From the IMG/VR virus record IMGVR_UViG_3300031603_000001, positions 96,001 through 160,000 of that record: DNA of 64,000 bases; one strand, given 5' to 3'. Both the position numbers and the translations under genes were made by a program. Every line of letters starts with the position of its first letter. The first letter of the stretch is position 1. Below the pieces are notes generated by a model, which saw only the letters and a list, made by a program, of their open reading frames with translations, ran no database searches and was not told the DNA's origin. Of this stretch, positions 31,450-38,629 are shown piece by piece. This DNA is from a virus.

Positions 31450-32019
31450 TTATTTAGAGGAACTAGTCCTCTTTGGATTGCTCTGTGGACGTTTATTACC
31501 GTTTCCCACATTAGCACCTCCAAATGTTTTTGTAAGCGAATGACAATTAGGACAAAGTAACTGTACGTTACCAGGACTTGAGTCCTTCCAATTACCATCA
31601 ATATGATCTACTTGTAGAGGTATTTTATTAGTATAAAGATTAACTACATTCCACTCGCATTTTGAGCACTTATTATTAATCTCAAATAAATGTGCACGAA
31701 TAGCCTTCGATATACCTCCATGGGAGGTTGTCGCCTCATAAGTGCCAGAGTACCAAGCTTCTATTATCCGCTTGCGTTTATCTGCAATATGACATTCTTT
31801 ATTACAGTACTTAGAATGAGGATTATTTAATGGAGTTGTGCAGAATAAACACAATCCAGTACTATGTACTTGTTGTAATTTCTCTGCATCTTTATGCGCT
31901 CTGCAGCAAAAGAACTTACCCGACTTATTAGCTTTAATAGCAGATGGAGATCTATGTATCTTAATATTACATCCGTCGGTTGAACACTGTATGTTTAGAA
32001 TAATCTTTGTAAATGACAT
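31450..32019 (-). CDS. HNH homing endonuclease with N-terminal Zn-binding repeats
   Basis: CSKC..LQVDHIDGNWKDSSPGNVQLLCPNCHS. Confidence 0.88.
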   Translation of the reverse strand: MSFTKIILNIQCSTDGCNIKIHRSPSAIKANKSGKFFCCRAHKDAEKLQQVHSTGLCLFCTTPLNNPHSKYCNKECHIADKRKRIIEAWYSGTYEATTSHGGISKAIRAHLFEINNKCSKCEWNVVNLYTNKIPLQVDHIDGNWKDSSPGNVQLLCPNCHSLTKTFGGANVGNGNKRPQSNPKRTSSSK

Positions 32020-32125
32020 ATCGCCTCCTATTTACATATAGGTATGTCACTGGTCAAGCATCTATTTGGTAATTCTCTTAAAGTACGTACCACACTAAGA
32101 TATAATAATCAAATAGATGCTTAAG

Positions 32126-32200
32126 TGCACCGTGGAGGACTCGAACCTCCGTTCACAGACTTATCAGGTCTGTACATTAACCGTCGTATGCTATCGGTGC
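32126..32200 (-). tRNA. tRNA-Ile(GAT)
   Basis: CAGAC-CT GAT AA-GTCTG. Confidence 0.88.
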
Positions 32201-32488
32201 CTAACTACTGCCTTAAAGGACTAGTTAATCATTTTACGTTAGTATGTGCTACAAAATATCCACTTACAACAGTAGCTACTGTGGCAAGATACCATATTAA
32301 GTGTTCCCATATAAACTTCAATGTGGCAGAGCCCATTCCAGTCTCTACAGGAGGAACCCATGTCCAAAATGTCCATGAATAACTAACTCCGCTTATTAAG
32401 CCACAAAACATCAGGAATACACCTAATATCATTTTTGTATCTTTACTCATCCGTTTTACCTCAGATATTAAAAGTTGGATCCTCTTAA

Positions 32489-32620
32489 AACCTTGCGGTA
32501 ACCCGAGAGGACCCTGGCAGTCTGGCGCTCTACCAACTGAGTTAACATCACCGGGGCGACGTCGCGGATTTGAACCGCGGACATCCAGATTTCAGTATGC
32601 GTTTTGGTTGCTGTGGGGTT
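32489..32620 (-). ncRNA. Y RNA-like ncRNA copy C with permuted tRNA module (Phe-derived)
   Basis: AACCCCACAGCAA..CTGAAA TCTGG ATGTC CGCGG-TTCAAAT-CCGCG, ACGTCGCC-CC-GGTGATGT, D arm, CCAGA..GGTTACCGCAAGGTT. Confidence 0.78.
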
Positions 32621-32629
32621 AATACTTTG

Positions 32630-32701
32630 CGCTGAGTAGAAGAATCGAACTCCTGTCAGAGGATTACAAATCCCCCGCTCTACCTGTTAAGCTAACTCAG
32701 C
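32630..32701 (-). tRNA. tRNA-Thr(TGT)
   Basis: GGGGA-TT TGT AA-TCCTC. Confidence 0.9.
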
Positions 32702-32735
32702 TAATAACTTTTCCCTACTTTGTATCTTTCACGTC

Positions 32736-32809
32736 TGTGAACGGAGAGGATCGAACTCTCGAGCACGCGGACCACAACCGCGCGCTCTACCAACTGAGCT
32801 ACGTCCACC
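32736..32809 (-). tRNA. tRNA-His(GTG), encoded G-1 opposite A73
   Basis: CGCGG-TT GTG GT-CCGCG; acceptor GTGGACG/CGTTCAC then A. Confidence 0.9.
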
Positions 32810-32814
32810 GTGTG

Positions 32815-32888
32815 CGGGGAAGGAAAGATTCGAACTCTCGTCGCACGGGTTTGGAGGCCGGCATCGTAGACCGCTAGACCACTTCCCC
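32815..32888 (-). tRNA. tRNA-Trp(CCA), weak anticodon stem
   Basis: Acceptor GGGGAAG/CTTCCCC, loop CT CCA AA, only about 3 anticodon-stem pairs. Confidence 0.7.
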
Positions 32889-32896
32889 TTTGTAAT

Positions 32897-32974
32897 TGGT
32901 CACCCCGGAGAGGTTCGAACTCTCGTTTTTGGACTGAAAATCCAATGTTCTAGACCTATCTAAACTACGGGGCG
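32897..32974 (-). tRNA. tRNA-Glu(TTC) with encoded CCA
   Basis: TTGGA-TT TTC AG-TCCAA. Confidence 0.92.
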
Positions 32975-32979
32975 AATAA

Positions 32980-33287
32980 AAGCAGAATGTAGCTACTTAA
33001 GACCAGGCGGTGTAGCCGCCCTGCCTATAACCCGGCTCTCCAGCCAGGATACCCTTTTAATTTCAGCCGAAGCTTAGCGAAGATCGAGTGAACTCCCTGT
33101 TAGTTTTACTATTATCTGCTTAATAATAAAGCAAGCCGGTAGCTACACCTGTAGGTTAGTTGCTGCAGCAACACCTCCGCACCGCTCTCCAGCGGCGAAG
33201 CCTTTTAAGTTTAGTGTGAGGATTGGCCAGTAGCTCACGAAAGTGTCTACTTGTAGCCTCATGCTAGTTTTCGCTTTTTACTTGCTT
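32980..33287 (-). ncRNA. two tandem homologous structured RNAs of unknown family (33129-33287 and 32980-33121)
   Basis: Each is closed by an AAGCA../..TGCTT stem and shares AAAACTA, TTAAAAGG, a GCT-GGAG-AGC hairpin and GTAGCTAC. Confidence 0.6.
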
Positions 33288-33390
33288 AATACTAAGGAAA
33301 GAGGCAGGAATCTAGACCTGCTATATCTCCGTATGTTGTTTAATACAGCACCTTAGAGATTCTCCGTTGCTCCATACTGCGAAAGTTTTG

Positions 33391-33464
33391 TGGCAGGGGC
33401 GGGATTTGAACCCACGACCTGAAGCTTATGAAGCTCCCGAGCTACCAGACTGCTCCACCCTGCT
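33391..33464 (-). tRNA. tRNA-Met(CAT), initiator-like (1:72 mismatch)
   Basis: D arm GAGCAGTCTGGTAGCTC, loop TT CAT AA, A1xC72. Confidence 0.88.
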
Positions 33465-33472
33465 AATTAGGT

Positions 33473-33754
33473 TTATTCACCATGGTATTGAAACAACACT
33501 GCATTACAGCGATCGTGTACAACCCCAATGGTCATACCTGTATCATGGTTATGATGCAGATGTACTGGATAATTAAAGAAGCCATCTGGAAATAGCTTCG
33601 TATTAATATACTTATCTTGTACTTCTTTGGAAGGATCTCCAAACAACTTTGTTTTACAATAATAACAAAGCTTATCTTGTAACTTCATATACTCTAAGCG
33701 AACTTTACGACGTTCACTTGGACTTATTTCATCATAGTTTACTGGAAGTTCCAT
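33473..33754 (-). CDS. endonuclease VII-like HNH protein
   Basis: CYYC..VHLHHNHDTGMTIGVVHDRCN. Confidence 0.75.
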   Translation of the reverse strand: MELPVNYDEISPSERRKVRLEYMKLQDKLCYYCKTKLFGDPSKEVQDKYINTKLFPDGFFNYPVHLHHNHDTGMTIGVVHDRCNAVLFQYHGE

Positions 33755-33777
33755 TTAACCTTTCATTAATCTCTTAG

Positions 33778-33850
33778 CTCCTCGCAAAGGATTTGAACCT
33801 CTGTATTCAGCTCCAAAAGCTGAGGTCCTGGGCCGCTAGACGAACGAGGA
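33778..33850 (-). tRNA. tRNA-Gln(TTG)
   Basis: TCAGC-TT TTG GA-GCTGA. Confidence 0.9.
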
Positions 33851-33861
33851 ATGAATCTTTG

Positions 33862-33937
33862 TGGGGGCAGAAGGATTTGAACCTTCGATCAATACATTAA
33901 AAGTGTACTGCTTTAAGCCAGACTAAGCTACGCCCCC
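33862..33937 (-). tRNA. tRNA-Lys(TTT)
   Basis: GTACA-CT TTT AA-TGTAT. Confidence 0.9.
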
Positions 33938-34103
33938 TTCTTTACGAAAGCGTTTGCCTATCGGAGCTGATAGGCGGCTTTGATACAATCTGGGGCTCCT
34001 CTCCCATGATCTCCACCATTATACTAAAGGGATATGTCTAAGTATTAAATCTCTTGCATCACAGACGTATTCGGCAGGACTTCCGCCTGCACAAATCCCT
34101 ACG

Positions 34104-34175
34104 AGCAGTAAGTGAGATTTGAACTCACAACCTCCACGTCGGCAACGTGGCATTCTACCGTTGAACTATTACCGC
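34104..34175 (-). tRNA. tRNA-Gly(GCC)
   Basis: CCACG-TT GCC GA-CGTGG, U73. Confidence 0.92.
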
Positions 34176-34186
34176 ATTTACTACTG

Positions 34187-34274
34187 AACCGGAGACAGGA
34201 CTCGAACCTGCGACACCCGACTTGGAAAGACGGTGTTCTACGACATTTCTGTCTACCAACTGAACTACTCCGGC
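34187..34274 (-). tRNA. tRNA-Gly(TCC) with extra hairpin in the D loop
   Basis: Loop TT TCC AA, U73; the D loop contains GACA-GAAA-TGTC. Confidence 0.8.
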
Positions 34275-34349
34275 ATATTAAATTAAAGCGGGTAACGTAT
34301 ACCACGATCGAAGCTGTTTCAGTCGATCTCAGATTTAAAGCTACCCACG

Positions 34350-34435
34350 CGGAGAGGGTAGGATTTGAACCCACGTGCCCTTTCGGACCACTCCTTAGCA
34401 AGGAGGCGCTTTTGACCAGACTCAGCCACCTCTCC
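34350..34435 (-). tRNA. tRNA-Ser(GCT)
   Basis: Loop TT GCT AA, long variable arm, G73. Confidence 0.9.
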
Positions 34436-34443
34436 ATTTGTTG

Positions 34444-34534
34444 AGGCGGAGGTAGGATTCGAACCCACGGACCCTGTTACCAGGGCCTGCGGTTTTCAAA
34501 ACCGCCGTCTTAAGCCAGACTCGACCACTCCGCC
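34444..34534 (-). tRNA. tRNA-Ser(TGA)
   Basis: GCGGT-TT TGA AA-ACCGC, long variable arm; U73 is atypical. Confidence 0.88.
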
Positions 34535-34658
34535 GTGATGTACTCAGACCTAACGCATTCGAAGATTACAGGTTCACCCTAGTGCTAACGCATATAGAGA
34601 ATATTACCATAGCATGTGAATAGTTCTTTAGGATTGAGAGTACATGTTAATAATGTTT

Positions 34659-34905
34659 ACGACAAGGCAGGTATCGAAGCCTGCAATCGGTGCTTTTTGA
34701 GATTAGTATTGGAGTAGAGATAAGTTAAGCCTAGTCCCACGGGAGTCGCCCCTCCCTCGTAATATGGTTCAGTCACCTAAAGACTTACATCTTCATCAAT
34801 TCAGATCTCCCGCTTATCTTCTCCAAATGCAAGATAGTTCAGAAAACCTAGTGAGTTATGTACTTCAAAAGGAGCTATAGCGTTTGCCAATTACGCCACT
34901 TGTCG
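34659..34905 (-). ncRNA. 247-nt tRNA-like RNA with a large structured insert in place of the anticodon arm
   Basis: Acceptor CGACAAG/CTTGTCG, D arm GCGT-AATTGGCA-AACGC, T arm GCAGG-CTTCGATA-CCTGC, CTTTTGA/TCAAAAAG closing stem. Confidence 0.65.
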
Positions 34906-34987
34906 TCTGATTGCGTGTTTTCATTACACTATGTGTACACTTAGATACACGCTGCAGAATTTAACTGCACTAGATTCAATCAGTTTG

Positions 34988-35060
34988 CTGCCCCTCCAGG
35001 ATTCGAACCTGGGACATCCTGCTTAACAGGCAGGCGCTCTACCAACTGAGCTAAGGAACA
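34988..35060 (-). tRNA. tRNA-Asn(GTT)
   Basis: CCTGC-CT GTT AA-GCAGG. Confidence 0.92.
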
Positions 35061-35075
35061 ATATGTTTAGTTTCA

Positions 35076-35140
35076 AACCTTGCGGTAACCTCCACTAAAC
35101 GGGTCATTACAGAGATGAGGGGTTGGGTTGCTGTTAGGTT
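35076..35140 (-). ncRNA. Y RNA-like ncRNA copy D (minimal, no tRNA module)
   Basis: AACCTAACAGCAA..36 nt..AGGTTACCGCAAGGTT. Confidence 0.7.
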
Positions 35141-35180
35141 AATAATTCTATGCTGGCACAAAATCTACGGTGAAACGTAG

Positions 35181-35254
35181 AAACTTTCGCCAACCTAATC
35201 CGAAGATTCGGTACCAGCGGCTTTTTAGTAAGTTATGGTTGTTGCTGTAAGGTT
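35181..35254 (-). ncRNA. Y RNA-like ncRNA copy E (minimal)
   Basis: AACCTTACAGCAA..CCGAATCTTCGG hairpin..AGGTTGGCGAAAGTTT. Confidence 0.7.
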
Positions 35255-35308
35255 GCTAGGGTTAGTTGCTTCCGATGTCGGAAGCTATCATCGCCTTTTA
35301 CTGACGTG

Positions 35309-35382
35309 TAGCACCAGAGGGATTCGAACTCTCGACCCCTGCGTCCCAAACGCAGTGCTCTACCGGACTGAGCTATGGCACT
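35309..35382 (-). tRNA. tRNA-Pro(TGG)
   Basis: CTGCG-TT TGG GA-CGCAG. Confidence 0.9.
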
Positions 35383-35423
35383 ATTATAAAGATAATCATC
35401 TCATCAATCCCCCAAGGGGATAA

Positions 35424-35534
35424 AAGCTTTCGCCAACCTGAAGATGAGGATCATACCCTGGAATCAGGAAAGGGGTACACAAAGGTCACCCAAACCCGAT
35501 TTACTTTATCATTAGTTATGATTGCTGTAAGGTT
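35424..35534 (-). ncRNA. Y RNA-like ncRNA copy F (non-tRNA insert)
   Basis: AACCTTACAGCAA..about 80 nt..AGGTTGGCGAAAGCTT. Confidence 0.68.
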
Positions 35535-36248
35535 GATTTGTTTAGGGCTCGTCACCCTAATATTTGCCCAAATTGTCAAAGAACCTTTTTAAACGGACAC
35601 CAATAGTTATGTCAGCCCATTTAGTCCACAGAATAATTCTTATCAGAAGGGCATTTCATCATCATCATCTTCATAAGATACCGGCTGCTCCCTCTCATCC
35701 TCTCGTTCTGCAATGTATTCCTTCACAGCGTCAATATACGTACAGGTATCAGGGTAAGCTTTGATAGCGTGAGATTCTCCCATTTGGGTACAAGATGTAC
35801 ACTTAACCGGCATTTCTTCCTCATCAAATGAGTACTCCCACTCAATGTAAAAAGTACAGGCATTGTCTAAGCATACGTTATCCAGTATGACAGGTGATTC
35901 AATAATCATCTCTCTGCTCCTGGATAGTCCTCCGGATCCATAATTCTATGGTAATGAGCCTCAGCCGTTTTCTCGGCTATCTTCTCATTCATATCCTCAG
36001 CATAGTGATTATCTAATACTTCGACAATTGCTATAGCTTCTTTGTCCGTGAGGGACTGAAAGCACTCTATGACTTCGAATTCGTCTTGATATGCTTCAAT
36101 ACGTTCCTGGGCAGATTGATTAGCAAAACTCTCTTGAGCATTGACTACTGCATCGTCTGACCTACTTCGTGGTGCTTCAGATGGTGGATGTTCTGTTACA
36201 AACAGCCGTTGTACCATGTCACCTCCTCTTTAAAAGTGATGTCTATCG

Positions 36249-36379
36249 AACCTTGCGGTAACCCCAAGACATCTATTACGTTGCTCTACCAGACTGAGCT
36301 ACACCTGTACTACGACAGGAGACAGGATTTGAACCTGTGGCCGACGGCTCCGATTGCATTAGTTGGTTGCTGTAGGGTT
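36249..36379 (-). ncRNA. Y RNA-like ncRNA copy G with permuted tRNA module (Pro-derived), 18 nt downstream of the TROVE-like gene
   Basis: AACCCTACAGCAA..TCGGAG CCGT..ACAGG-TTCAAAT-CCTGT, CTCCTGT-CGTAGT-ACAGGTG, D arm GCTCAGTCTGGTAGAGC..GGTTACCGCAAGGTT. Confidence 0.8.
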
Positions 36380-36397
36380 AATATTGGAGTATCCCAA

Positions 36398-37834
36398 TTA
36401 GTCTAGAATTCCAGGTGCCTCTGAACTTAACTCAATGGCAATACCATTGGCCGTCAGATGCGTATAATCTAACACTATAGGCTCTAGAGCTTTCTCCATG
36501 ATTCCGACAGGAGTAAAGTCTTCACCATTCAACAGGGCTTTCATCAGTACAGGATTAAACCCAGATACTAATGCAACTTCCTTATCATCATGCGTAGCAG
36601 GCACGCCCATCGCGTCACTTGCACATAGATTCCAGAAGACAACCTTTGGCATAACATAACCGGCCTCAAAGAACTCTTGACGGAGATTCTCGAGTGCCGA
36701 TTGACTGCCATTACGTACACAACTATCAAATTGCATATCGGATAATACCAGCAACATTGTTGGCATCTGTTCCCGACTCAACTGAAAGGTTTTAGCAGTG
36801 TCCAGAATAAGGCGATATGCCTTAGCAAAGTCTGTATTCCTATCCCAATTGGATCTATGGATAAGCCTAAACTTATCTCTTAGACTCATCTTATCATTCA
36901 CACGAACGAATGAAGGATTACCACTAAAAGTAAGAATAGCATCTTTGTACGGACCGATGCCACGTTCAGCTACGTATAACCCTAAGGATATACACACTTG
37001 CATGGCACTGACGTCCTTGGCTGCAGGTGTCATCATACTTCCAGACACATCACACATAGGCAGAACGCGTTCGCCTTCTTCCATGTAATTAGGAAGACTA
37101 GCCCATTGCTTTTCACCAAGAGCTTCATCAGAACCAATCCCATATCCATTTCCACACACAAGTGTATAAATATCATGAGGATAAGAGGAACTGACAGAGG
37201 CCTTTTGAGTCTTGTCATTCTTCCACTCTTCGAAGCGTTCACCATCCTGTTTACCATAGGACTTCTTGTACTTACGCAATGCTGCGCCAGGTACACTAGA
37301 ATACTTAATTTCCGAGAACTTCTTAGCAGCCATCTGTTGTTCAACAGTGGCACTGTGTTCTTTGAGGAAATGTCTGTACTGTGACCATGTCATGTCCAGG
37401 GCTTGCTTCAATTGCTTAGCAGGTTCACCTTTACGAGGTGCCCATTTACATGCAAGAGCATCTTTACTCTGTACAGCATCTTTGAATGTGGCCAATACTC
37501 CGTCAATATGGAAGTAAGGTACTAAATCTTTCCAGTAACCTATTCCAGCCAGCATCTTAGCATTGCTGGCTACGAAGTCCGGTTGTACAGTGCATAGGAA
37601 CTGAAGGATTGTATGAAATACGCGCCGTTCCCCTGCGCCATCACGTGCGGCACGAGCCCAATAAGCTATTTGAGTAGCTACCTTTGGGTTTTCGTTAAAT
37701 GCACGGATAAATTCCGATATAATAGCGCTAGCATTTGCTTGTCTCATAGCCCCTATACGGGAAAAGAGATTTAAAGTGGCAAACCCACTCGAAACGAGCT
37801 GGGATGCACCATTTTCTGTTAATGAATACTTCAT
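36398..37834 (-). CDS. TROVE-like/DUF2828 helical domain plus vWA domain protein (Ro60-related)
   Basis: TENGA, LF..IG, R..RDGAGER, G.WKDL, KWAPR, MIDAS CDVSGSM, SLGLY.AE, NTDF, LSDMQFD, VFWNL, LVSGF. Confidence 0.88.
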   Translation of the reverse strand: MKYSLTENGASQLVSSGFATLNLFSRIGAMRQANASAIISEFIRAFNENPKVATQIAYWARAARDGAGERRVFHTILQFLCTVQPDFVASNAKMLAGIGYWKDLVPYFHIDGVLATFKDAVQSKDALACKWAPRKGEPAKQLKQALDMTWSQYRHFLKEHSATVEQQMAAKKFSEIKYSSVPGAALRKYKKSYGKQDGERFEEWKNDKTQKASVSSSYPHDIYTLVCGNGYGIGSDEALGEKQWASLPNYMEEGERVLPMCDVSGSMMTPAAKDVSAMQVCISLGLYVAERGIGPYKDAILTFSGNPSFVRVNDKMSLRDKFRLIHRSNWDRNTDFAKAYRLILDTAKTFQLSREQMPTMLLVLSDMQFDSCVRNGSQSALENLRQEFFEAGYVMPKVVFWNLCASDAMGVPATHDDKEVALVSGFNPVLMKALLNGEDFTPVGIMEKALEPIVLDYTHLTANGIAIELSSEAPGILD

Positions 37835-38629
37835 TTGAGCCTCCTGCTCTGGTTATGTTCAAGGGATTGTTCGTTTATAACAACATAGTTTTTCAACTCA
37901 GCTATAGCCCATGCCCATGAACGGCTTGGCCATACCTGCTTTTGTCGCGTGGATACCGCAATAGGATCGGTAGTATGAATACCAGTCCCATAATGATTAT
38001 AGTCCCAACGCGCGGTTTCACCGTTCCATCTGTACCAACATGTAATTTGCATTGGAAATGCCCCTACGGCTGAATATTCTCTTCCGTATACCCCTAGTCT
38101 TTAAAGAACTGAGGTAACTCATCAGAAAGTTCAGGTTCTGGATTATCACCGTGCTTAGAGCAACTGGGATAAATACATTCACCCTTTTCGTTAACTGCAG
38201 TAGGTCCGCAGCCTTCACATAGACAATCGTATCCGTATCCGGGTTTAGCAACTTCGTCAAATGTAGGATAATCTGGACGGTCTTCACCAAACATTCCATC
38301 AGAACATTGTTTACACCATTCAGCCATAATTCTTATTCCATTTCTATAATATCCCAGCCACCTAATAGGCCGGAATCTGGGTTATAAACACCTTTAACTT
38401 CGGACATTTCTACAGTTATCTTCACCTTCAAGAAAACAGGAGGATCCATGTCTTCCACAACATATCCTATCATATCCTCTGTAAATAAAGGACTAATGTC
38501 AGATTCATGTTCACCATTACCTAATTGAACTTCTGTTAAAAAAGGTGCACAACTCTGTCTAGTAGTAATTATATGATCTAATGTGGTTCTAAGATCATTA
38601 CTATAACCTATTAATGTCCTGGTTTGCAA

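Noticed and set aside
32980-33380. tmRNA
   Set aside because: The candidate tag ADNSKTNREFTRSSLSFG* lacks the usual Ala-rich end. No alanyl acceptor stem with G3:U70 and a proper T arm frames the region.
34659-34905. Group I intron in a tRNA anticodon
   Set aside because: There is only a weak S-like word (AAGATGTAAGTC) and no convincing R/P7 partner. Excision would not rebuild an anticodon stem.
30171-36379. CRISPR array interpretation of the recurring AACCTTGCGGTAACC / TTGCTGTAAGGTT words
   Set aside because: The words come as pairs of complementary motifs at irregular spacing and enclose structured inserts. They are not identical direct repeats with uniform spacers, and no cas genes were seen.
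30171-36379. Algal/archaeal-type permuted tRNA genes that yield functional tRNAs
   Set aside because: Not favoured: the anticodon stems are mostly decayed (A, B, G) or the loop is 6 nt (C), the linkers are very short, and no bulge-helix-bulge is evident. It is not fully excluded without RNA data.
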